Source: an uncultured Anaerolineales bacterium (GTDB lineage Bacteria; Chloroflexota; Anaerolineae; B4-G1). From it: a stretch of 48,481 nt of DNA. A program made the translations under genes and the position numbers. Positions 9,800 through 17,465 of this stretch are shown here, piece after piece. The stretch's first letter is position 1. The number at the start of each line of letters is the position of its first letter. The notes below the pieces were generated by a model that was not told the origin of the DNA, searched no databases, and saw only the letters and a list, made by a program, of their open reading frames with translations. The stretch is taken from positions 1 to 48,481 of the forward strand of contig CAZDYW010000001.1 in assembly GCA_964509655.1 (NCBI GenBank), read 5' to 3'.

Positions 9800-10651
9800 T
9801 TAGGGTGTCGATGGCAGTGCCGTGAGCAGGGCGTCATCGAAGTAAACAGCGTGGTAGGTCTGTGCGAACTGCGTCTCCGCGAAGATACAGACGGTCGCTT
9901 GGCCCGATTGTCCCGTCGCGACCTCTGGGGAGAGGAGCATCACTACCCCATCATCTTGGTTGATGGTCTGTTCTTGGCCCCATTGCGCTTCATCACACCC
10001 CGCGTTGCCCTGTGGGTCTATCCCTGCCTTTACGATGTATCCGCCCTCTGTCTCCTTGACGAATCCCCTGGCGTTTACCTGGAACTGTAGGACAGTGTTG
10101 GGCTCTGCCTGCACTATTTGAAATACCCAAGCACGCAATTTCACCCAGGGCGTGGTGTCGATCTTGAGCGTCGAGCCGTTGATCTGGCGTTGAGGATCGG
10201 TGGCAGCTTGGAAGCGGGGAGCGGCGTAGGAAGTCTCAGGGTCGAATCCTTCACCGGGTTCCCAATTGACGAAGCCGCCCGTCTGCCAACCGGGAATGTC
10301 ATTTTTCCTGAGCTGATCGAAAGTAGGATTTTCAAGGGTGATCGGGGCCGGTGTAGGAGGGAGCGTCACAGTCATTCTCTCAAGGGGCGTGGCCCAGGGG
10401 GTGGGTATTTTGGTGGACGTGCTGGTTGGGCTGGGCTTGAGTGTGGCATATGGCGTGGAGCTTGGTGTAGGCGTCCAAGCGGGTGGCTCAGTGATGGTCG
10501 GTGTGAGTGAGATCGTCGGTGTCTCGGTGAGGGTTAGGTTGGGAGATACCTGTTGTGTCAATGAACGATGCACGGCATTCACCATTGCGCCTAGGATAAT
10601 GATATCGGCCAGTGCCAAAACTGCTATGATTATCCATTTTCGCCGGGACAT
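9800..10651 (-). CDS. Hypothetical membrane-anchored extracytoplasmic protein (N-terminal TM anchor, Thr/Pro-rich linker, C-terminal beta-rich domain)
   Basis: ATG at 10651 (MSRRKWIIIAVLALADIIILGAMV) with a GGAGG upstream on the minus strand. The TP-rich linker is TPTISLTPTITEPPAWTPTPSSTP. The C-terminal domain of about 180 aa looks like a carbohydrate-binding/jelly-roll fold, but the family is not identified. It is convergent with rpoD, with only 10 bp between the stops. Confidence 0.7.
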   Translation of the reverse strand: MSRRKWIIIAVLALADIIILGAMVNAVHRSLTQQVSPNLTLTETPTISLTPTITEPPAWTPTPSSTPYATLKPSPTSTSTKIPTPWATPLERMTVTLPPTPAPITLENPTFDQLRKNDIPGWQTGGFVNWEPGEGFDPETSYAAPRFQAATDPQRQINGSTLKIDTTPWVKLRAWVFQIVQAEPNTVLQFQVNARGFVKETEGGYIVKAGIDPQGNAGCDEAQWGQEQTINQDDGVVMLLSPEVATGQSGQATVCIFAETQFAQTYHAVYFDDALLTALPSTP

Positions 10652-10748
10652 GGAAGCCTCCTCTAGGACTATACATCGTAACAAGTTTACTCCATGTTTG
10701 CTATTCCGTCAACCGGACGCGGGAAGCGATCTTTATTCGGCAAGTGAT

Positions 10749-10777
10749 TTGACATCATTGCTGAGATGTGGTACACT
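10749..10777 (+). promoter_or_regulatory. Promoter candidate for the nuo cluster
   Basis: TTGACA (10749..10754), a 17-nt spacer, then TACACT (10772..10777), which is preceded by TGG (extended -10-like). Confidence 0.5.
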
Positions 10778-10844
10778 CTACCCCGTTGTAACCTTCTCGT
10801 CGAAAGCCGATTGAATACCACAGTGATCACCTTGGAGGAGCACA

Positions 10845-11201
10845 TTGCTGAATCAGTTTACTTTCGTCGGTGTTTTTCTTGTTATTGCACTTGCTTTTGG
10901 TGTTGCCCCGATTGCTATTGCCTTCTTCTTACGCCCCAAGAAACCCAATTCTCGTAAAGCATCTACCTATGAGTGCGGCCTAGAGCCCTACGGTGAAGCT
11001 TGGGTTCAGTTTAAGGCACAATACTACATCTTCGGCCTGGCCTTTGTCGTCTTTGACGTCGAGGCCGTTTTGTTGTTGCCATGGGCTGTGGCATATCATG
11101 CGTTGGGGCTTTATGCCGTGATCGAGGCTATGATCTTCATCCTTATTTTGCTTGGCGCTCTGGTTTATGTCTGGCGCAAGGGCGCGCTTGAGTGGATGTA
11201 A
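10845..11201 (+). CDS. nuoA: NADH-quinone oxidoreductase subunit A
   Basis: 118 aa with a TTG start 6 nt after GGAGG. It has three TM helices and the YECGLEP motif typical of NuoA/ND3. Confidence 0.9.
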   Translation: MLNQFTFVGVFLVIALAFGVAPIAIAFFLRPKKPNSRKASTYECGLEPYGEAWVQFKAQYYIFGLAFVVFDVEAVLLLPWAVAYHALGLYAVIEAMIFILILLGALVYVWRKGALEWM

Positions 11202-11277
11202 TTTAGCGCGTGGAGCGTGATGCAACTGAGGATAGGGCGATTCGATTAGCGATCGACGCTGGGATGGAGCTTTTTCT

Positions 11278-12462
11278 ATGGAATTTATCAAGGATTTGAT
11301 CCTCAATATCGGAAGTTGGTTGCAAGGGCTATTGATGGGCACGGGGTTGGCTCCTTCTTGGGTGCAGGTTATTATGCACCTCATCGGTGGAGTGGCGTTA
11401 GCCATTGTTCCGTTGGTAGCGGTGATTTTCCTCATCTGGGCTGCCCGTAAGATTGTAGGGCGAATGCAGGATCGGCTCGGTCCCAATAACTCCGGCCCTT
11501 ACCCCGGTCCTTACGCCATCTTCCAGACCTTTGCTGATGCCGTCAAGATGCTGACGAAAGAGGATGTTGTCCCCACCGCCGCCGATCGTGGGGTTTTCAA
11601 CATCGCTCCAGTGGTGATCTTGGCTTCCGCTGTGTTGGTCTGGGCTGTCATTCCTTTGGGTAAGGGACTCATCGGTGCCGATCTCAACATCGGCATTTTT
11701 TATATTCTCTCCATTGGCTCATTGAGCTTGATCGCGCTGATGATGGCGGGGTTGGGGTCCAATAACAAGTACGCTTTAGTCGGCGCTTTGCGTGCGATAG
11801 CCAATCTGATCAGCTATGAGATACCGCAGGTCATCGCCGTTATGACAGTGGTCATGGTCTCCGGTTCCTTCTCGATGCAACAGATCGTCGAAGCGCAGCA
11901 AGTGCCTTTTATCTTCGTGATGCCCTTGACCGCTTTCCTCTTCTTCGTCGGTTCCCTGGCGGAGGTGGGACGACAGCCCTACGACTTGACAGAGGCGGAT
12001 TCGGAGATTGTGGCCGGCTACTTTGTCGAGTACAGTGGGATGAAGTTTGGGCAGTTCTATCTATCGGAGTTTATGAATAACTTTGCCCTTGCTGTCATCA
12101 CCGCGACGCTTTTCCTCGGCGGGTGGCGTGGGCCATTTGTGGAAAGTGTGCCTGTTCTGGGATCGCTTTGGCTCTTACTCAAGGCATTGCTTGTTTTCTT
12201 CGTTCTCCTGTGGTTGTGGGGTACGATGCCCCGCTTGCGCATTGACCACATGTTGAGTTTCAATTGGAAGTTTTTGGTTCCTGTGGCACTGGCGAACTTG
12301 TGCGTAGTGGCCTTGGTAGGCAAAATAGTGCCGATGAGCGCTCCACCCTTAGTGCGTGCGGGAGCGCTTTTGGGGTCCAATATCCTGTTGGCATTGATTG
12401 TGTTGGCAGTTCTGGCGATTGCCGGTCGCCGAGCTCGGCGGCAGTTAGAGGTTAGTGGCTAG
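11278..12462 (+). CDS. nuoH: NADH-quinone oxidoreductase subunit H
   Basis: 394 aa with NuoH/ND1 blocks (AARKIVGRMQDRLGPN, YALVGALRAIANLISYEIP, PYDLTEADSEIVAGYFVEYSGMKF). It follows nuoA after 76 bp, with no nuoB/C/D between them. Confidence 0.93.
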   Translation: MEFIKDLILNIGSWLQGLLMGTGLAPSWVQVIMHLIGGVALAIVPLVAVIFLIWAARKIVGRMQDRLGPNNSGPYPGPYAIFQTFADAVKMLTKEDVVPTAADRGVFNIAPVVILASAVLVWAVIPLGKGLIGADLNIGIFYILSIGSLSLIALMMAGLGSNNKYALVGALRAIANLISYEIPQVIAVMTVVMVSGSFSMQQIVEAQQVPFIFVMPLTAFLFFVGSLAEVGRQPYDLTEADSEIVAGYFVEYSGMKFGQFYLSEFMNNFALAVITATLFLGGWRGPFVESVPVLGSLWLLLKALLVFFVLLWLWGTMPRLRIDHMLSFNWKFLVPVALANLCVVALVGKIVPMSAPPLVRAGALLGSNILLALIVLAVLAIAGRRARRQLEVSG

Positions 12463-12472
12463 GGATTAGACC

Positions 12473-12976
12473 ATGCAAATTACACTTCAACAAATTTTGT
12501 TCATTATTTTCGGCGCGATCACGTTGGGGGCTGCCTTGATGGTGGTGACGCGCCGCAATGTTTTCCACGCTGCACTCTTTCTCATCTTATCCTTCTTCGG
12601 TGTGGCAGGGCTTTATGTATTGCTGGAGGCCCCTTTTCTCGCCGCCGTACAGCTGTTCATTTACATTGGTGGCATCTCAATCTTGATTATCTTCGCCATC
12701 ATGCTCACACAAAACATGATGGATCCCAACTTGCCGGGAGCCAATCGCCAGTGGTGGGCTGCGGCCTTGGTGTCCGTGGCTATTTGCGGCATTCTGGGGT
12801 GGGTGGTGTTGAACCGTAATTGGGGAACAGCTAGCGCGGAAGTGCCTCAGAACACCATCACGATTTTGGGCACCGCCCTGGTGGACCCAGAAGGATTGTT
12901 GTTGCCTTTTGAAGTTGCCTCGGTCCTTCTCTTAGTAGCCCTCGTCGGTGCTGTGACTATCGCAAGGGAGCAATGA
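12473..12976 (+). CDS. nuoJ: NADH-quinone oxidoreductase subunit J
   Basis: 167 aa with a NuoJ/ND6-like pattern (VVTRRNVFHAALFLILSF..., LFIYIGGISILIIFAIML). It starts 10 bp after nuoH, with no nuoI between them. Confidence 0.9.
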   Translation: MQITLQQILFIIFGAITLGAALMVVTRRNVFHAALFLILSFFGVAGLYVLLEAPFLAAVQLFIYIGGISILIIFAIMLTQNMMDPNLPGANRQWWAAALVSVAICGILGWVVLNRNWGTASAEVPQNTITILGTALVDPEGLLLPFEVASVLLLVALVGAVTIAREQ

Positions 12977-12979
12977 TTT

Positions 12980-13288
12980 ATGGTTCCTTTAGCTTGGTAT
13001 CTTATTCTTGCAGCAGCTTTGTTCTGCATAGGATTGTATGGCGTTCTCTCGCGGCGTAATGCCGTGGCGATTTTGATGGGCGTCGAGCTGATGCTGAACG
13101 CTGTCAACATCAATCTGGTCGCCTTTTGGCGCCACCTGGAACCGGGAGCGGCGACGGGGCAAGCCTTCGCGCTTTTCGTCTACGTCGTCGCAGCCGCCGA
13201 GGCGGGTGTGGGCTTGGCGCTTATAATCGCCGTGTGGCGCACCCGTGACACTGTTGTCCTCGAAGACATCGATTTGCTCAAAGGTTAA
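12980..13288 (+). CDS. nuoK: NADH-quinone oxidoreductase subunit K
   Basis: 102 aa with the NuoK/ND4L signature ([44 protein letters not shown]). Confidence 0.93.
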   Translation: MVPLAWYLILAAALFCIGLYGVLSRRNAVAILMGVELMLNAVNINLVAFWRHLEPGAATGQAFALFVYVVAAAEAGVGLALIIAVWRTRDTVVLEDIDLLKG

Positions 13289-13302
13289 ACACCGAGGTGA
13301 CT

Positions 13303-15711
13303 ATGGAGATTCTCAACCTTGCCTGGCTGATACCCCTCTTCCCATTTCTTGCATTTGTTTCAATAGCGATCTTCGCCCACCGGAGTCGCCGGTTAAGCCA
13401 CCAACTAACTATTGGCGGCATCGCTTTTGCTTTTCTGATCGCGCAGATTGTCTTTTGGCGGGCAGTGACTTTGCCGGTGGGTGGCGGAGAGCATGCCTTC
13501 GAGTCCTCGACTGTCCACTGGCTGGTTGCGGGCGAAGAGCGGCTTACACTCGGCGTCTACGTCGATCCGGCCACGACGGTGATGCTCTTTATGGTGCCCT
13601 TGGTCTGTATGATGATCTTCATCTACAGTGTCGGCTACATGAACTTCGGCACGCCGGAGGTGGATCCCCGTTACAGCCGCTTCTTCTGCTACCTCTCCCT
13701 CTTCGCTACCGGCATGTTGGGAATGGTGGTTTTCAATAATCTGCTGGCCTTCTTCATCTTCTGGGAGATTATGGGGACTTGTTCTTATCTCTTGATCGGT
13801 TTCTGGTATGATAAGAGCTATCCTGATCCGGATAAAATTACTCCCAAGGAGGCCGGGCTGAAGGCCTTCATTGTCACCAAGATCGGTGATTTGTTCTTTA
13901 TGCTCGGTCTGGCGCTGCTCTACGCCGAGGTGGGATCGCTGGCCTACCGGGACATCTTCGCCGCCGAGACTCTGGAGCATCTGGCCCATGCTAACTTCCT
14001 GGGAACTCAATGGTCGCTGGCCTCCGTGATCGCCCTTTTGTTGTTTGGCGGCACTGTCGGCAAGAGCGCACAGTTCCCGCTCCACGTCTGGCTGCCCGAC
14101 GCGATGGAGGGCCCCACACCCGTCTCCGCTCTCATCCACGCCGCAACGATGGTTTCAGCCGGCGTTTTTCTGGTGGTGCGTGCCTTCCCAATTTTCGCAG
14201 CGGTCGAGGGCACCCATATGACAATTGTGGCGACCATTGGGGCATTCACGGCCATCTTCTCGTCCGTCATCGCCGTCGCGCAGGATGACATCAAGGGAGT
14301 GCTGGCCTTCTCCACCATCAGTCAGTTGGGGTATATGGTTGCCGCGTTGGGTATCGGCGCTTATGTGGCTGGAGCCTTCCATCTCATCACTCACGCTTTC
14401 TTCAAGGCGCTCCTGTTCCTCAGTTCCGGCTCGGTGATCCACGGTATGGAACATGGACATCATCACGCCCACGAGCACGCGGAGCACCATGATAATCATG
14501 ATAATCATGAAGTGCATGATGAGCACGGCGAGCATGAGGAAGAGGAGTGGTTCAATCCCAATGATATGAAGAATATGGGCGGTTTGGCAAAACGTATGCC
14601 GCGTACCGCTTTACCATTTCTCGCTGGTGGGTTAGCCCTCTCTGGTTTTCCTCTGTTCACCGCTGGCTTCTGGTCGAAGGATGAGATACTGGCGCAGGCT
14701 TACGAGCTATCCCCCGCCGTCTTCTGGACGCTGGCTGTGGCCGCTGGTCTCACCGCTTTCTACACCGCGCGTCAACTCTGCTTGACCTTCCTGGGGGAGC
14801 CGCGCACCGAGGCTGCCAAGCACGCGCCGGAGAGTGTGCCGTCTATGACGACCCCCCTGGCTATTCTGGCCGTTTTCGCGATTATTTTGGGCTGGGCTGG
14901 TATTCCGGAGCACTTCCCGGTCATCGGCGGGATCATTCCCAACTGGGTCCATCACTTCGTTGGCTCGACAATCGCGGGTGGACATGCTGAGCATGCGGCG
15001 AAAGTGGCTGGACATCTCTCGGAGGCCGCAGAGGCAGGCTTTGTGTGGCAGCCATTGGTGATGAGCATCGTCTTCGCGCTGGGCGGGTTGACATTGGGCT
15101 GGCTGGTTTACGGTCGCAAGCCGATGGTGGCCGGTGAGATGGATCGGGTGGAAGCAGCAATGCGCAAAGTGGGCTTCGGGTGGCTGTACGAAGCTATGCG
15201 CGACCAATTTTACTTTGACGAGATCTACCAGGCGATAGTTGTGCGTCCCTCTATATGGTTGGCGGACGTTTTTGACACATTCGATTATGGTCGTGAAGAG
15301 GGCAAGCACGGTGTGGTAGACGGCGTAGTAGTCTTGGCCGGAAAGATTGGAAGGGCTATGTCCGACATCTCCGGTTGGCTCGACGCCAACATTGTGGACG
15401 GATTGGTCAACCTAGTCGGGCGCTTTGGAAAGGCCCTATCCTTGGTCAGCGGTTGGCTCGACGTCAACATCGTGGATGGGTTGGTCAATCTGGCGGGCAG
15501 CGCTGGAGCCCTGCTATCCAATGGGTTCAACAGCTTCGATCTCACTGTGGTGGACGGCGCCGTCAACGGCGTCGCCGATGTCGTCATGGGCGGTGGGAAG
15601 GCAATCCGCCCTATTCAGACCGGTAAGGTTCAAAACTATCTGCTGCTGGCATCCCTGATGGTGCTGGCATTAATCTTGACATTCTTTATGATATTGTTCT
15701 TGCAAATCTAG
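13303..15711 (+). CDS. nuoL: NADH-quinone oxidoreductase subunit L. This is an unusually long form (802 aa) with a His-rich insert and a repeated lateral-helix region.
   Basis: NuoL/ND5 blocks are present (FFIFWEIMGTCSYLLIGFWY, GKSAQFPLHVWLPDAMEGPTPVSALIHAATMV, ISQLGYM, HAFFKALLFL, MGGL). I prefer the ATG at 13303 (MEILNLAWLIPL), which is preceded by GAGGTG. The track start is the GTG at 13297. Confidence 0.93.
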   Translation: MEILNLAWLIPLFPFLAFVSIAIFAHRSRRLSHQLTIGGIAFAFLIAQIVFWRAVTLPVGGGEHAFESSTVHWLVAGEERLTLGVYVDPATTVMLFMVPLVCMMIFIYSVGYMNFGTPEVDPRYSRFFCYLSLFATGMLGMVVFNNLLAFFIFWEIMGTCSYLLIGFWYDKSYPDPDKITPKEAGLKAFIVTKIGDLFFMLGLALLYAEVGSLAYRDIFAAETLEHLAHANFLGTQWSLASVIALLLFGGTVGKSAQFPLHVWLPDAMEGPTPVSALIHAATMVSAGVFLVVRAFPIFAAVEGTHMTIVATIGAFTAIFSSVIAVAQDDIKGVLAFSTISQLGYMVAALGIGAYVAGAFHLITHAFFKALLFLSSGSVIHGMEHGHHHAHEHAEHHDNHDNHEVHDEHGEHEEEEWFNPNDMKNMGGLAKRMPRTALPFLAGGLALSGFPLFTAGFWSKDEILAQAYELSPAVFWTLAVAAGLTAFYTARQLCLTFLGEPRTEAAKHAPESVPSMTTPLAILAVFAIILGWAGIPEHFPVIGGIIPNWVHHFVGSTIAGGHAEHAAKVAGHLSEAAEAGFVWQPLVMSIVFALGGLTLGWLVYGRKPMVAGEMDRVEAAMRKVGFGWLYEAMRDQFYFDEIYQAIVVRPSIWLADVFDTFDYGREEGKHGVVDGVVVLAGKIGRAMSDISGWLDANIVDGLVNLVGRFGKALSLVSGWLDVNIVDGLVNLAGSAGALLSNGFNSFDLTVVDGAVNGVADVVMGGGKAIRPIQTGKVQNYLLLASLMVLALILTFFMILFLQI

Positions 15712-15759
15712 CAAGTAGGTAAGTGGGCAAGTGGGCTAGTAGGCAAGTGAACAAGTAGC
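15712..15759. repeat. Six tandem 8-nt units (consensus CAAGTRGG) immediately after the nuoL stop
   Basis: The units are caagtagg taagtggg caagtggg ctagtagg caagtgaa caagtagc. Downstream, cacttgc (15772..15778) and two cttgcag copies are complementary to, or related to, the unit. Confidence 0.8.
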
Positions 15760-15821
15760 ATAATAAGTCGGTCACTTGCAGACCTGCAAACTTGCAGACT
15801 CAAAAAGAAGGAGAGCATACT

Positions 15822-17348
15822 ATGTTTCCAATTCTGAGCGTTACCCTGTTTGCCCCGCTGGTGGGCGCCCTACTCATTTTGGTCATCCCGCGTGAGGATG
15901 TTAAAACAATCCGGCGGGTGGGGACCGCGTTTGCTTTCCTGACGCTCATCCTCACAACTATCATCTGGGTGAGTGTGGCGCAGTCAGGGCCCGGCGGTAT
16001 GCAGTTTGAGGAGAACTATCCCTGGATCAAGGCATTCAACGTGCGGTTTCACCTCGGGGTAGATGGTCTCAGTGCGCCTTTGCTCTTCTTGACCGCTCTG
16101 TTGACCACTCTTGTGACGTTCTACTCATCTTACACCATTGACGACCGGGTCAAGGAATACTATTTCTTGTTCTTGTTGCTTGAGATGGGTATGAGCGGTG
16201 TATTCCTTTCCCTGGACCTGGTGCTATTCTACGTCTTCTGGGAGATTGGTCTGGTGCCGATGTTCCTGCTTATCGGTGTGTGGGGCGGAAAGCGCCGTCT
16301 GTACGCGGCCATCAAGTTCTTCCTCTACACGCTCGTGGGCAGCGTGGCGATGTTGCTAGCCATCATCGGCGTTTACTTCCAGACCGGCACCTTCGACATA
16401 CTGGAGGCAGCGGCCGCGCAACCCTTCGCCGGTAACTTCACCTGGGCCAGTATGGCTTTTTGGGCCTTTTTCATCGCCTTTGCCATCAAGGTGCCCGCTT
16501 TCCCCTTCCACACCTGGTTGCCGGATGCTCATACGGAAGCGCCAACCTCGGGCAGTGTCATTCTGGCAGGCGTCTTACTGAAGTTGGGGGCTTACGGTCT
16601 GATGCGCGTCACGTTGCCCTTCTTCCCGGCGCAGTTCAAATACTTCGTCGTCAACGTGCCAATTATCCCCATCATGGCGGTGATGAGCATCGCCTACGGA
16701 GCGATGGTCTGTATGGCGCAGTGGGACCTCAAGCGGCTGGTAGCCTACTCATCGGTGGCTCATATGGGCTACGTTACACTGGGGTTGTGTGCGGCAGCGG
16801 CTGGTATCGGTATGCTGGACGATCCGGCGAACCTCAGCGCGGCGGCCTCTGGCCTCAGCGGCGCGGCATTCCAGATGTTCGCTCATGGCATCATCACGGG
16901 TGGGATGTTTTTCCTGGTCGGTATGATCTACGATCGGGCCCACACGCGAGACTTAAAAGCATTTGGCGGATTGGGTAAGCAAATCCCTTATTATTACGGG
17001 ATCGTGATGGTAACTGGATTTGCGTCCTTGGGGCTTCCTGGCTTGGCGGGCTTCTGGAGTGAGTTCTTCGTCTTCCGGGGCGCAATCCGCTTTATCCCCT
17101 TGGCCGCTTTCATCGGTGTTATCGGAGTAGTCTTCACCGCTGCCTATATCCTGTGGAAAGTTGTACAGCACCTCTTCTTGGGGGATCTGGACAAGGAGAA
17201 GTGGGGCAAGCTGACCGACATGACCTGGTGGGAGAAGGTGACGATGTGGCCTTTGGTGATCATCATGATTTTCCTCGGTCTCTATCCCGCTCCCCTGCTG
17301 GATATGTTCAACGCTGCGCTCACAGGGATTTTGCGGGCGCTGCCGTAA
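15822..17348 (+). CDS. nuoM: NADH-quinone oxidoreductase subunit M
   Basis: NuoM/ND4 blocks are present (FYVFWEIGLVPMFLLIGVWGG, AFAIKVPAFPFHTWLPDAHTEAPTSGSVILAGVLLKLG, LVAYSSVAHMGY). The ATG at 15822 (MFPILSV) follows AAGGAGAG. The track start (TTG 15792) is probably an upstream extension. Confidence 0.93.
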   Translation: MFPILSVTLFAPLVGALLILVIPREDVKTIRRVGTAFAFLTLILTTIIWVSVAQSGPGGMQFEENYPWIKAFNVRFHLGVDGLSAPLLFLTALLTTLVTFYSSYTIDDRVKEYYFLFLLLEMGMSGVFLSLDLVLFYVFWEIGLVPMFLLIGVWGGKRRLYAAIKFFLYTLVGSVAMLLAIIGVYFQTGTFDILEAAAAQPFAGNFTWASMAFWAFFIAFAIKVPAFPFHTWLPDAHTEAPTSGSVILAGVLLKLGAYGLMRVTLPFFPAQFKYFVVNVPIIPIMAVMSIAYGAMVCMAQWDLKRLVAYSSVAHMGYVTLGLCAAAAGIGMLDDPANLSAAASGLSGAAFQMFAHGIITGGMFFLVGMIYDRAHTRDLKAFGGLGKQIPYYYGIVMVTGFASLGLPGLAGFWSEFFVFRGAIRFIPLAAFIGVIGVVFTAAYILWKVVQHLFLGDLDKEKWGKLTDMTWWEKVTMWPLVIIMIFLGLYPAPLLDMFNAALTGILRALP

Positions 17349-17447
17349 AGAAACCAGGTTTTTATCACTAGAAACAAGTGAATTTCTTGCCTTTTGAGGT
17401 ATTCCGTGATGTCGGAAGCGCCTCCCTGAGCAAAAAACCTGGTTTCT
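17349..17447. repeat. Perfect 15-bp inverted repeat that brackets almost the whole nuoM-nuoN intercistronic region
   Basis: AGAAACCAGGTTTTT (17349..17363) and AAAAACCTGGTTTCT (17433..17447) are exact reverse complements, separated by 69 nt. The right arm ends 6 nt before the nuoN SD. Confidence 0.8.
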
Positions 17448-17465
17448 ACGTATAGGAGGACAACG

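Noticed and set aside
15712-15759. A possible CRISPR or other spaced repeat array after nuoL.
   Set aside because: The units are only 8 nt long and directly tandem, with no spacers. This is a microsatellite-like array, not a CRISPR.
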